Counted from the first letter of the stretch, positions 1-25,090 are shown. The stretch is DNA of 64,000 bases from Blastocystis sp. Blastoise (GCA_039096225.1 JBBPEB010000014.1:930001-994000); one strand, 5' to 3'. Translations and numbers: made by a program. Notes: generated by a model from the letters alone, not told the origin.

Positions 1-97
1 TAAGAAATCCAGATTTCATACCACGCACAATAGCTTCAGCATATCCATTTTGGATATTGAAATCAGTGATGTTACCATGATATTTACAAAATGACAT
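1..97 (-). CDS. VMA6: V-type ATPase V0 subunit d, 5' end (continues beyond window)
   Basis: Reverse strand from ATG at 97 reads MSFCKYHGNITDFNIQNGYAEAIVRGMKSGFL, matching the FNxxxGYxExxVRGxKxGxL N-terminus of Vma6/ATP6V0D. Confidence 0.85.
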   Translation of the reverse strand, partial: MSFCKYHGNITDFNIQNGYAEAIVRGMKSGFL

Positions 98-894
98 TCT
101 ATATCAAATAGCACAAACAAACTAATATAAATACTTGTCTAGAATCTAAAGATGAAGATAAATGAAGACAATATAATATAAACTCTACAATTCTGGATAT
201 CCACGATAATCGATGAAAAAACAAGCGGAATCTTTAAAAAACGTCGTTTTTCAAAAAACGAATTCTCTTCATTTTTCCATTCACTTGCTTGTGTATTCAT
301 TATTGTACTTATTCATATTTATTCACTTTTCTTATCGCTTCAAATCTTTGTATTTAAATTGCTCTAGAATCTGAAGGTGATATTCTGACATTATTCAGTT
401 ATTGACTTTTTCATAATTCAATTCTATTTTTTATACATGCTCTGAAACAAATAGAAACACTCTTCGCTATAATAGATTTACAAAAAAACAATATTTGAAA
501 GATTTTTTTTAATTGTTTTTGTATTATTTCATATAAAAACATTTTAACTATGAAATATGAGTTCTAAATTTGATGCAATACACAAAGAAACAATATAAGA
601 GCTATTTAATAACTAAAGTCGATTTTATCTAATTCCAAATTTAACTCTTAAATATTGTTTTTCATCGTAGATTACCAACAAAACTTCAATAGTAATTTTT
701 TTATTAATATAAAATCAAAATGAAAGCTTTATTTAAAAATATTGATATTATTTTTTTCTAACACAAGGGCGCCAATTTCTTATAGCAATTCATAATTCTT
801 TTTCATATTTTCTATATAAAAATTGTTTTTTCTTCCTTTTCAGTTCTACTATATATATTATATTAAGAAAGAAGAGAACAGATATAAATAATCG

Positions 895-8937
<8,043 letters not shown>

Positions 8938-9422
8938 ATATAAAATATAATTTTTTTTTCTGTTTTTCCTTTATTATTTATAAGTATATGGCTATGTGCT
9001 CCTATTAGTACAGAGTTACTATAATTAGTTATTGACTTTTAGTATGACTTACCTCACATTTATATACATATGTCACTTTTGAAATCTGAATTAGGATGAT
9101 ATGGTAGCCAAGTTTAGATATTGTTTTGGAACTAAAATAAGTATTATTTTTTTATTAATACAAGAATCTAGATAAAACAATAAATAAAGATAAATGACAA
9201 ATTCAAAGAATATTGCGAAAAATGATAAAAAACATAATTGAATTATTCAATAGTGTCAGAACGATCAATCATAAAAGAATAGAAAAATGAATAGCCTATC
9301 ATATACACTAAATAACGTTATTTTTAATGAAATATAGAAATGAAGCTTGTTATTTGTTTGTTTAAATGCCGTTAAATTTCTTCACTATTTGTATGGCTGA
9401 AAAGTTAACGTATAAACATGAA

Positions 9423-9495
9423 GCCCGTCTAGCTCAGTCGGTAGAGCGCCAGGCTCTTAACCTGGTGGTCGGGGGTTCGAGCCCCCCGGTGGGCG
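9423..9495 (+). tRNA. tRNA-Lys(CTT)
   Basis: 73-nt cloverleaf GCCCGTC...GGTGGGC-G, anticodon arm CCAGG-CT-CTT-AA-CCTGG, GGTTCGA T-loop, downstream T run. Confidence 0.96.
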
Positions 9496-9896
9496 CTTCT
9501 TTTAAATCTATTTTTGTCATATTTTTTATTATCTTTTATTTCTGTTAATCAGCTATTTTTATTATTAAAAACTGTTGTATACGTGCTACGAGATGTTATA
9601 GTTATAAAATTCATGATGATATATTTTCAAATCATGAGTTATTCATTTTTATCAGATTTCATCACTTAATTAAATGTTGCTTTAAAATAGTATGCGGCAC
9701 TTGGCTAGTATTAAATGGATACCTGTGGTTTCAATTTCTTTTGTCACATTTAAAAATTAGTTTTTTTATGATTCAAATATAGTAGTGAGATGTCCTTTAA
9801 TTATGATAGCAAAACATGTAGAAAGAGGATGGATTCCAAGAATGGAATATAGAAAGAAATATCAATAAAAGATTGAACATATATTACAGATATATA

Positions 9897-12451
<2,555 letters not shown>

Positions 12452-13193
12452 TTTAGTTTTGCTCTCTTAAAATAAATAATATACAAAAGTAAAATTTCTT
12501 TAAAAAAAGTTCGTTTCAAACAAATGGTCAAGAATACAAATCCATGGTTGTTACTTTGTTAGGTAGGTTATACATTCACTTTTTCTTTTATAGAAAACAA
12601 CAATTTTATTTTCTCAATGAATTTTTATTCTTTTGTATTGGTAATTAATAAATAATCATGATAATTAATAAGAGAATGAAGTCTGATGTTTTAGAGAAAA
12701 ATGAAAACTACTTTACAGAATATATGTTTAAAATTTAAATTAACCTATAAATAGGGGAAATTGGATTTCTTAGATTAATTTCATATTATTTAATTGATAA
12801 TGATCATTTTGTCATAACAAAAATAGTTATTTGAAAATAATGTATAGTTTTGAATATCGTAGGGATAATAAGATTGTCGATTTTCAAGAGAATTGTCGAT
12901 TTAGAATAATGATTAACATGGTAATTCTATAAATAAGATGAGTTGATAGATATTTGCAAAAGAAAAAAAAACTGGAAAAATATATATAAATAGAAACAAA
13001 AACAACATATATATACAAAAGAAAAAATAGAATACACAAAGGAAATGATACACAGTAATTATTTTTATTGTTAATAAAACAAAAATAAAAATAAAAACAA
13101 AACATAATATAAATATATATGATGAAAAATGAATACATATATAGGAAACGAAATATAAAGACAAGCTTTATAATAAATATAAAAATGAAATCT

Positions 13194-15202
13194 TTATAGA
13201 CGAATATATATATGGAATCCTTTAACTAATTGAGGAAGAGTAACATAAGCTTCGTTGATAGGAGGACATAATTGTAAATAGTTTTGAATACGTTGATTAT
13301 TTTGAATATCTGTATCTTCTTCGATTCTATTAATTTCAGAATAAGCTTCTGAAGGATTTTGAATAGAATCAAATAAATGTTGAATATCAATATCTTTACA
13401 TATAAATAATAATTCTGATTTATCGATAATTTGAAGAGGTAAAGATAAAGACGCTTGTTTTAAATTAGATAATGAATCACCATCACGAGATATTAAAGGA
13501 GATATCTATATAATAATGATAATATTGAATATTGTGTAATAATAATAATTATATTGGATATATATATAATAATAATACTGAATACATATAAATAATAATA
13601 TTGGATATAGCAAATAATAATAAAAATAATAATAGTTCTATAGACTATATATATACTTCACAATAACATAGATCTTCCCAAGTTTCTTGAAGTTCTCCAA
13701 TAACATTGACTTGATTACGTATAAGCCATTGATAATGTTCCTGATTAATACGAGTACGAGCTTGATTGGCAGAGTCTACAAGGCCTATAGAGATCATATA
13801 TATAATAGAAGAATAGATAGAACAATTATAATGGAATTATGAATAATCAATAGAGTGTAATAATTCTATTTAAAGAAATAATTATATGCAGTAACTATTT
13901 TATGTAAATGCATAATATAAATAATAAATATAATAAAAATGAAAATAAAAATGAAATTAAAAAATAAAAATAAATAAAAAAATAAAATTGAAAATGTAAA
14001 ATAAAAATATTATACAATCAATACCTGGTAGATTTTTAATAGGTGTGAAATGATATCTTCTTGTGTTAACACAAACATAAGATTCAGCATGAGTAAATGC
14101 ATCAAAAATAAAAGATTCACATTTATATCCATTAGGATAAATAGGATTAATAGTACGACCTAATAATTCATCAAAATAAGGAACAGGTTTATTTGCTATA
14201 TGATAAACGGATGCTAATTTATTGGAAACCATCTGATATAAGAAATCTGCAGAGAAATACATAATACCAGCATATCCATATTTATAAACCAAGTTACCTA
14301 CAAATATAGGTCGAATTAAAAATGTAATATTTATAATATCAATAATAATAATAATATAATAATATCAATAATAATAAAAATAAAATAAAATAAAATAAAA
14401 CAAAATAAAACAAAATAAAATAAAATAAAATAAAATAAAATAAAATAAAATAATAATAAAATAAAATAAAATAAAATAAAATAAAATAAAATAAAATAAA
14501 ATAAAATAAAATAAAATAAAATAAAATAAAATAAAATAAAATAAAATAAAATAAAATAAAATAAAAATATTAATACATACAATGATGATCTCTAAAACAT
14601 TTATTTTTGTATGTAAATAAGTTATATTCGACAATATGTAAACGACCTATAAAGTAAAATACAATACAATACAATAATAAAGAAAATAATTTGATAATAA
14701 TAATAAACAAAATAATAATCTATATATATACCTTCAGGAATTTCGGAGTGATAATCTGGTGATTCATCCGTTTTTTGTTTCTTTAACATAATACCTAATT
14801 TCTCTTCAGGACATGTTTTTGGAAGACATTTTACTCCTAATTGTACCTTTTGACTAATACAATAACCAATAAACAAAGGATCAGGTAACTATAAACATAT
14901 ATACATATAAATAGTTTAGAATTCTAAATTCTTATAACAATGATTATAATATATATATATTCTATATTGAATAAATATAAGCATAAATACTTGAACTGTA
15001 GCATTATCAACATATGCTACATAAACGTGTTTAATATTTCTTTGTTTTAATTGTTCTAATATATGATGCTTCTGTATAGCTCCATAAAAACCACCATTTC
15101 CTTCTGGAGATATTGTAATTTGCCATTTTGAATATAATAATACTTTTCCTTGGTCATCAGTACAAGGCAAATATCCTACAGAAGAATAAATATATAAATA
15201 TA

Positions 15203-15237
<35 letters not shown>

Positions 15238-16440
15238 AAAAAATAATAAATAAATAAATAAAAAATAAATAAATAAATAATAAATAAATAAATAAATAAA
15301 TAAAAAAATAAATAATAAATAAATAAATAAATAAATAAATACATAAATAAATACATAAATAAATAAATAAAAAATAAATAAATAAACAATATATACCTTG
15401 AACAAAGAATTGAACTTGAGATTCTAATAGTCCAAAATAAGAATGTTGCTCAAAAAATAGTTTAGTTTGTTTATTATTCATGTTTGAAGTCATAATAAAG
15501 AGAGGAATGTGAACAACTATATATATACAAATACAGCAAATAAACATAACACAATAATAACAAAAATATATATTATAGTATTTATAAAATACCTTTGTGA
15601 TATTTTCTATAAATCAATCCTTCCATATGAGAAATACGTTCACAATGTAATTGAAATAAACATTTCTCTATATATATATATATATATATATAAATTTATG
15701 AACAATTCAATGATCTATTTAAATATATATATATATAATATACCTGAAGGTAATTTTATATTATATATTCCTTTGTTATAATTTAATTTCATTCTTGTAC
15801 CCTATTAGAAACATTATTTATGAATAAAGAAACTATATGTATAATAGTACTTGTCCACCTGCTAGTAAGAATAATGCAACTCTTTCATTTGCTAGTTCTT
15901 CTAGAGCTAGATCTTCATACATATTTTGTTCTTCATCAGGTAATGATTCAAGACCAATAACCTAAATTAATATAATAAATATTTTGTAAAAAAAATAAAA
16001 AAAGAGAACCATTTTCTATTAGAATTACAAGAACACATACATCCTTATCCTCTAACGGCTTTAGATCAGAATAAACATCATCAAATTGTAACGCAGTTTG
16101 ATAATCTCCAAATGTAGAGTCTAATTTCTCAAAGTCAACGATACTTATCTATAGAGAACACTCTAATCATCATCTTAAAATTGAATTTCAATAAAAAATT
16201 CAATAAAAACAGAGACAATAATAAAAATTAGAATACAGCAGAATAGATAAGATCTTTAAATACCTGTCTTAATAAAGAATTTCTCTGCTCTTCAGTTAAT
16301 GATGAATCATTAAAGTATTTAAGTAGTTGTGTTTGACCATATTTCCATAAAATCTTCTTTATACCATCAATATTAATTCTAAATTATAAAATATCTCATT
16401 CTAAACGTATGTTAATTTAAAATTACCTGTCTTCAGACAT
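13194..16440 (-). CDS. UAP1: UDP-N-acetylglucosamine pyrophosphorylase (UAP1-like, multi-exon)
   Basis: Spliced motifs: KYGQTQLL, VALFLLAGGQGTR, LPSEKCLFQLHCERI, IPLFIMTS, SPEGNGG, YVDN, DPLFIG, IVEY, GYKCESFIFDAF, FTPIKN. Confidence 0.9.
14378..14566. repeat. (ATAAA)n pentanucleotide array in UAP1 intron
   Basis: Tandem ATAAA units visible directly. Confidence 0.9.
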
Positions 16441-17122
16441 ATTTAAGTTACTATATAAGAAAAATAGAAAAAATTAGATATATAGAAAAGATAATAGTAA
16501 ATAACCATGAAAATCTCAAAAGCCCGTCACCAAAAAGAAAAAAAGAAATGGAAAAAAATAAAATCGCGGTTTTATTGGAAAACAGTTTAAATCTTGATAT
16601 TCATGGATAAATTATAAAGTTAACCGAAAGACATTACTAAAAAAAAATCTTCAATTCGTTTTTATAAAGAACAAATGAAATGAGAGTTTTGTGTTTATTC
16701 ATAGAAAAGGGTGTATTCCCAGTTGTTTTTATAAGAAAATCAGAAAAAAGATTAATCTTTAAAAATAAGTATTCTATTGGTCTGAAATACATCTTCTTTA
16801 TCATTTGATAGGCGCATCATGACCGAAAACCCTACGCGTCATTGATCTCAACCTTCCAAAGAAACAATTGGGGATATGTCTGGATATAAAGATCAAAATT
16901 AATAGAATTTCTGGTTGTGTCATAAAACACAAACTTGTATTCATTACCAACAAAAGCGAAAAGGTGTTGTGTTTTCTATGATTTTAACTTTTTGTTTTTT
17001 AAAGTTATTTATTTTTTAAAGCTTACTCTACTTGTGGAAATTAAAATCGAACCTATTGATATTCTATTTATATATTAAATTCATTTACATCTTATACACA
17101 TTTACAACACTTATCTAAAATA

Positions 17123-19646
17123 ATGGAGTCAGTAAACAAAAATCAAGAAGATTCTAGCAAAGAGGATAGCTCTAAAATTGGTAGATGGACCGATGATGAA
17201 CACAAACGCTTTTTACAGGGTTTGAATTTATATGGACGTGAGTGGAAAAAAGTAGCAGATAAGGTCCAAACTCGAACTCCTGCGCAGGTATTTATTGTTA
17301 TCTTGTCATCTCTATTTTTGTTATTATTTAATGTTGTATTTTGATTATAAATATTCTTACTTGAATATATCTTCGAATCTAAATGAATTGAGTTACTTTA
17401 TTTCAATGTTTATATAGATTCGTAGTCATGCTCAAAAATATTTCGCTAAGATTAATAAAGAATCATTAGATAATATGCCAAATTTTGAAAGACCAGAATC
17501 GTTTTTAAATTTCCCAATTCCTTTTCAGACTCCTTTTCAACCTAATTCCTATATTATGGGCCGATATACAGGTGCTACTTCAGAATCTTATGGTATTCCA
17601 AGTCAAAGAAATAATATTTATCAAAGTTCTGAGTTATATGAAAAATCTATTGAAAAGTTATTATTTCAAAGAATAAATATATTGAAACAGAAGAACGATT
17701 TAACCGATAAGGCCAAGTTAATTATGTTTTTGAATTCTGTAGATAAACAGATATATCAATATTTTTATTCACTTTTTCATCATGGAATACTAACAAGTCC
17801 TAAGAAAATTGAGTTATTTAGTACTATATGCCGTTATCAATCTATGTATTCAACAGAAATGTCTAATACATTCTTAACTACATTTAAACCGAAGGTTGAT
17901 GAATATTTTCAATTATTAACTATGGATGAACAAGAAGCCATGAAATCGCATTCATTACAACTTGAACATGAAACATCCATTTTAAATAGTAATTCTAAAG
18001 TATCAACAGAATCAAAAACGTATGGAATTTATTCATTTATTGTTTTTTTAGTGATATATTTTTTTTAATTATTTATTAATTATTTATTATAATTGTATAT
18101 ATTTAGAGCTACATCCTCAGTTCCTGATAAATCAGTGAGTGATTCATTAAGTGTTGATGAAAAATTAGCTGTTCTTGTATATATATATATATATATATAT
18201 TATAAATTTTTAAATCTAAAATACTATGATTAATTTTTGTTTTTTTCATGAGTTATATATCTATATATATATATATATATATATATATAGGCGCTTCAAC
18301 AGATTATTAATTCTCCTAAAGATGAAAATCCTAGTAAAGATTCCTTGTCTGATATTAAAACTGTTGTAGATACTTCTTTAAGTGTGTCTTCTGAGCCTTG
18401 TGTTATTACTTCTTCTATTCAAGAAGATAAACCTAAACCAGCCTCAACTCCATTAACATTAGATACTACAAGCATCAAGGATACTAAAGATATCAAAGAG
18501 AATAAAGTTAACGAAAATACTAAAGATATTAAAGATATCAAAGAGAATAAAGATATCAAAGAGAATATGGATACTAAAGATATCAAAGAAAATAAAGATA
18601 GTCAAGATAATAAAGATAATAAAAATAGCAAAATCATTAAAAATACTAAATTAATTGAAGAAGTTCCAAGAATATCTCCATCATTATCTTCAAAATCTCA
18701 AGGTTATGTTCCTATTAAAGAGAATTCTTCTAAGCATGTTCCAACTACTACTACTACTCATTCTCCTAGATCATATCAATCTAAATCTTCAAATTCATTA
18801 CGAAATACATTTCATTCTGATAAAGAAGAAGATTATTCTACTAATGCTTCTATTCCTACTATACCCCTTTCTTTAAAGAGATCCTCTTCTTCATTCCCAG
18901 ATTCCTATACATCTAAAAAAATATCAAATCCAATAACTACGTATATAGCTTCAAGTCCTTATTCTATACCTTCTAATCCTAAACAACAAGTTTATTATGA
19001 TTATTCTGCAATGTCTCTCATGTCACCCTCTCTCCCTAGAAATGAAACGTATTCACAAGAACAATTACCCTATGGTGGATATTGTATATATATATATTAA
19101 TAATAATATTATTATTATAAACTATATTATGTTTTATAATTATATATACTATATCAATTATTTTATTTATTATATATATATATATTTCAACTTCCTGTCA
19201 GGAATCCATCCACTATAAATGAAGAAAGTATATATATATATATATTAACTGTTATTTTTTTTTCATCTATTTACTTTTTAATATATATATATATATATAT
19301 AGTACCTTATGAGATGTATACTTCCTTAGTATCTTCTATGCCTACTCCTTATGCTTCTATGGAGCCTCCAGTTATGCCTATAGGTATTCCTACTACATCT
19401 ACACGTCCCTCTATTCCTTATACTACTCTATCTACTCCTCAAGATCCTTATAGTATTATGAAATATAAATATTTACCTTTCTCGTCTATACCTAATGTCT
19501 CTATTCATCCTTCTGCTTCTTCTTATATGGGTATTCCTTATACTCCTATATCAAATCTCTCTTTATATAATAATCCAAATCAATACCCTCCATTTGTTAA
19601 TAAGAATATTATGTATTCTATTCCTGAAGATCAATTCAGCAAATAA
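17123..19646 (+). CDS. SHAQKYF-class single-repeat Myb transcription factor (multi-exon)
   Basis: GRWTDDEHKRFLQGLNLYGREWKKVADKVQTRTPAQ|IRSHAQKYF across the first intron; low-complexity S/P/Y-rich C-terminus with DIKENK repeats. Confidence 0.9.
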
Positions 19647-20454
19647 TATATTTAAAAAACAATGTTTTAAGTATTCTATATATATATATGTGAATATATG
19701 CATAATTTATACTATTTTCATTTCAGTTTTATCTTCTTTGTTAACGTTTATATCTTTTTTTTCTTTTTATTCATTATTCATATAACTTGATTGTTCCATA
19801 TATTTTTTTCTTTTCCTTTTTTTCTTTATAAATTATTTTATATATTCTTTCTTTTCATGATTTCTTTCTTTTCCCATCTATACCAATTCTTTATTCTTCT
19901 AATTCACATAAATAATAATATGAATTTTGTAATTCTCACATATTGTTTGAAAATCAGAATATTGTATTGTGTATCCTTTCTTTTTCTTTTCATATACACT
20001 ATATTGATTACTATTTAAATAAATTTTATTATTATATATCAACATTTCAATCATTATTTATTTTCTTTCCTTATATTTATATTGTACCTTATATATATAT
20101 TATAGTTTTTAGAATATAGTTAGATTTTATTTATTAACTGTATTTAAACTTTATGACTTTTTTATATGTTTCTTTTAGTTGTGGTATATATTATTTGTAT
20201 CTTTTTTTCTATCTTCATTTCTTAGGTATGAACTTATACATATATGTATACTATTATTTTCATGTACTATACGTACATCTATTTAATAATATTCTTTACT
20301 TCATTTTTCTTGATAGAGTTCTTCAAGTAATCATATTCATTCATCTTTGTTTTGTTGTTTTAAAGTTTTTTTTTATCATCATTATTGTCACACTGAAGAA
20401 AACCAATGAAACAAACAAAACAAGACAGGATCATGCATTGAATTGATAGTATAA

Positions 20455-20730
20455 CTACTTTTGTTGTGATAACTTTTGAATGATTGTCTCTTTTCGAAAT
20501 AATTCTAATTTTGCTGTATTGTATAATGTAGATATGTTCTTATTAACAATATTCACATCGTTCTCTAGTTTTGTAACTTTTTCTTTTAATTTTGAATTGT
20601 CATCCTTTAATTCTTTATTTTCTTTTAAAAGCTGCTGAATCAACTCATCTTTCTTTTGTAACTCACTTTTATGTATCTGTACATTCTTCTTTATACTCTT
20701 TATATCAATATCTGCATATATATCATCCAT
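20455..20730 (-). CDS. Small coiled-coil protein resembling the FLASH/CASP8AP2 N-terminal domain
   Basis: Intronless 91-aa ORF. DDIYADID resembles the FLASH LDIY/LDLY motif, and NISTLYNTAKLELFRKETII resembles FLASH [20 protein letters not shown] (recalled from memory). Confidence 0.65.
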   Translation of the reverse strand: MDDIYADIDIKSIKKNVQIHKSELQKKDELIQQLLKENKELKDDNSKLKEKVTKLENDVNIVNKNISTLYNTAKLELFRKETIIQKLSQQK

Positions 20731-21174
20731 GAAAAATACTATAATTCAAATTAATGGAGTTTTTATGAAATTTTATTATATTCTTTGTCTATTTTTTTTG
20801 TTTATGTTTGTGGTGTATCTATGTGATTCAAAGGTAGAATAAAAATGACTTGTAAGTGAAAGTGGACTTTTTGTTTTCATTAAAAATTGCTTTCTTATCA
20901 TGTTTTTTTACCACATAAATAATACACAATTATACAGAACTATTCATCCAGAATATTCTCTATGAAAAACAAATTAGCTATATTTCTCTTGATTATTTTA
21001 TATAACATTCTTGTTTTTTTGTTAATACAATATTTTTAAGAAGGAAGAAAACATATATGAAGAACATCTGAAAGTGAAATCATTTAAAAACAAACAATAA
21101 AAAATTCTTATGATAAATTAATACAATACTGTCGTATAATCTATCATTACTCATCTTTAAAATCAGTTTTATTC

Positions 21175-22628
21175 TCATTTGTATACTAAAAAGGATATAT
21201 ATGATTATAATATAATATAGATCATACAAGGTCTAGGAGAAGGTGTATATCGTCGATATCGAAAAGAGCCAGATCCATAACCGCGGGAAGTCGTCGTATC
21301 TTGACCTGAAGGAGAACTGTGTATATTTTTTTTATTTATAGAAATATTTGTTAAATTTATATATATATGTACTCTAGATGAAGAAGGAGATCAAGTTTTT
21401 TATCTTCTTTTTCTTCTATGTAAATAAAAGAATAGAATAATAAATAGAATAGAAAATATTAATATATATATATTAATAATACAGAAAATATATATATATA
21501 CCTGATGTTTCAACATTAATATTTGATTGTGAGGCAGTTCTTCTTAATTGTTTTGAATGGATATATTGCACTGATTTCTCATGGGAAATAGGAGATTTTA
21601 AGAGATCGGAAGAAAGAGGAGCAAACGAAGGAATTGTGTCGATACTATATATAGGAAATAGTATCATAGAAAATATAGTTCATGAATATATGTATATATA
21701 TATACATTTCTTGAGGTGTTTCTAACATATATTGATATATAATATCTGTAATATGTTTCTATATATTACAAAATGAATATATGTTTTGTATACAAGGGAA
21801 ATAAGAATAATTGAATACTAATATATAGGGATAGAGTAATAAATCATAGATCGAAGGCCTCTTTTCAGGATCATCCTATATAGAATAAGAATATATTTAA
21901 TCTTTATATATATACATATATATATATATATATACATTCATCATGGATATACACAGTCGTTTTAAATCAAAAGAATATGGTCCTTCAAGTGGAGCATATT
22001 CATTGTGGGTAATTGCATACATTACCGCGGGAATATTAGATTGTTCAAAAGGTGGATGTAGAGTTAAACACTCATATAATATACAACCTATTCCCCATAT
22101 ATCTGATTTCTCATTATAACCGCGGTTTTTACATATTTCTGGTGATAAATATCGTGGTGTCCCAATTAATGTATGAGCTAACTATATATATATATATATA
22201 TAAGTAATACATGGAAAATAGAATTGAATATATATCATAATATATATATATATATATATATAGATTTAAAAATATACATCATTCTGAATAATTCGTGCTA
22301 CGCCAAAATCAGCTAATTTCAGTACATAACTAACTCTGTATGGATTTCGTTTCTTTTGAAACAATAAAGCACTTGCAGGAGACTCAAGATCTATATATAT
22401 ATATATATATATATAAACTACAATATTACTGAATAGCATAAATATATATATTCAATAAATAAAAATAATAAAAATAATAAATAAAGTATACATACCTTCA
22501 TCTTCTTTCTTCTCTATTTGATTATATTTTCGTTTACCTCCTTTTTTTACTAATACATTTGTAGGCTTTAAATCGCGATGTAATATATTCCTATAAAAGA
22601 AAATAACATAATTTAGAATAACTAGTAA

Positions 22629-22686
<58 letters not shown>

Positions 22687-23292
22687 CTTGAGTGTAAATA
22701 ATAAATAGCAAATAATATTTGAATAATCCATTCAATAATGATTTCTTCTTCTATATACATATCCACTGTCTCTTGAATTACCTTATAATTATATATAAAG
22801 ATATATATATATTCAAATAAATACAATAAAAATAAATACAATAAAAATAAATACAATAAAAATAAATACAATAAAATATAATAAATAAATAATAAATAAA
22901 TAATAAATAAATAAAAAAAAAATTATGTACATAAAAAATATATAAATAAAATAAATATATATATACCTGCTGTAATGTTCCTTCCTCAGCATATTCCATA
23001 ACAATACACATATATCCATCATTCTCAAAACTATCTTTATATTTAATGATATTTGGATGATCTAAACCTGAGAAAATCGATATCTAAAATACACAGTATT
23101 ATATATAAGATTATATTTTTCTATAAAAATCACTTCTTCTTGAATTCGATCTTGTTCTTGGTCATTTAGCTCTCTCATAGATTTCAAAAATTGTTTGATA
23201 ACAACAATATCATTATTCTCTTTTATTCTTGCTTTGTAAACGATTGCAGATGCACCTCGACCTATTATATCTTCAATCTCATACTTATTCAT
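21175..23292 (-). CDS. NEK (NIMA-related) Ser/Thr kinase (multi-exon, 3' end approximate)
   Basis: IGRGASAIVY, CIVMEYA, EWIIQILFAIYYLHSR, HRDLKPTN, LADFGVARI, TLIGTPRYLSPEIC, YNEKSDIWGIGCILYE, TLHPPF. Confidence 0.9.
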
Positions 23293-23985
23293 TTCAGCAG
23301 ACTAACTAAATTACTAATTCATTCAAATCATATATTTTAATGAAAAAAACGTCATTTAAAAATCTTCGTGTTTGTTTTCTTTTTTTAATGAATATAATAA
23401 TAGCATCTGAATAAGCACAAATAGATTCTATATTATTTGGAAATCATATCAAAGCAAAATCAATAGCGTTAGCAACTGAATCTGGACATTTCTATATAAA
23501 CTATCTTCTAATCTTGTTTTTTGTAAATGAAATAGAATAATTCTATTATGACATATAATCTGAAAACCTCTAATACCGATAAAGGATAAAAATGATATAA
23601 AGATACTAATTCACAGTGCTTCTATTGCTTGTTATATCAACTATTATAAATCCTACACTAATAAGACAATATAACAATACAGAGTCATCTTGAATGAAAT
23701 ATATTATAAAACATTGTGAGCTTACTCTTTCATAATTTGTGGCTTTTGTATCAAGAATAAGATTCTACGTTGCTCGTACTATTACTTAAAATAAAGCATA
23801 TACCTAAAAAATGAATATCTCGTTTATTTAATAGCAGAAACCATTCATTTATAAAAATATTTTATTTTTATATTGCACTTCGATACTCTTCTTTCAAATT
23901 TTATAATTCAAATTAGAATTCTTAGTAGTATTCAATGTTTCTATTTCTACACTTTAATTGCCACTAATCCCACTATAGGGTAGTT

Positions 23986-25090
23986 ATGAATGGAAAGAAT
24001 ACAGTCACTCTTGTGTTTTTATCTGGAAAAACATTGCAGACAACAGTTGAAAGCATAAACAAATATCCAAAGTCAAAATTATCGAAAACATTGGAGTCAC
24101 TTCGTCCATCTTCAAAAGAATGTACCTTAATAATTAATGAGGATTCAGATTCATTTAATTATATTGTTCAATATTTGAATGATGAACCTATTCATGTAGA
24201 ATCTCTATTACTTCATACTTCTTTTTCTATTCTTCTCTTGCTTCGTAAATATGATTTATTAGATACATCTTTATATTCACAAATTATTTCTCAAATTCAA
24301 AAAAACACCTTAAACTATTATATACAAAAATATCATATATTTATAAAATTTGCACATAATTCTATTTTATCCAATCCGTTAGATTTATCAATAACTCAAT
24401 GTCAACTATTATTAAAGAGTATATACATATTTTTTAAATATATCTAATCAATTATAGTTGTATATATTAAATAGCTGTTTATTTTTATTTATTATATTAT
24501 ATATATATCATAATTATTTAATTTTATATTAATATATATAATTAATAATTATACAATTTTATTTATTAATATATATATCGAATAATTATATATATAATGA
24601 ATAATTATTTAATTTTATATTAATATATATAATGAATAATTAATAATTTTATTTATCATTAATATATATATCGAATAATTATATATATCAATAATTGTAT
24701 AATATTATAACTACATAGGTTGTAGTATAACTGATGAAGACTTAATGGTTCTTCTCTCTTTCTTTATTAATATGAATAATAAATGTGAATGTATTCTATT
24801 CTATGGTATATTTATTTATGTATTTCAATTCTAAATATCTATGTATAGAGTGTAGTTTTACAAAAAGAAATGTTGAAACATTAATTTCTTTTATTCAATC
24901 AACAAATAACACATCAAAATTCCTCAGTTTTATTAGTATGTTTTTTTTCTTTATTTGTGCTATATATTCATTTTTTTTTATTGTTTTTATGTCGCTAAAC
25001 ATATATATAGATCCAATGATAGAGAGTTCGATGATGAATCAGTTTAGAAAAGTATTTCCTTTTAGTATAAATCAGTTTTCCTCCATGTAA
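23986..25090 (+). CDS. Short BTB/POZ (KCTD-like) protein with a few LRR-like exons
   Basis: GKTLQTTVESINKYPKSKLS...LIINEDSDSFNYIVQYL resembles the T1/BTB_2 fold; later phase-1 exons include CSITDEDLMVLL and CSFTKRNVETLI. Confidence 0.6.

Noticed and set aside
765-778. GGGCGCCAAT, E2F-like site upstream of the mitotic kinesin
   Set aside because: Single imperfect short match with no supporting evidence.
9366-9548. ORFs overlapping tRNAs (also 39235-39480 and 48768-49055)
   Set aside because: Spurious frames across tRNA genes.
14378-14566. Tandem arrays as CRISPR or telomeric repeats
   Set aside because: No spacers, no G-rich telomere unit, and all lie inside introns.
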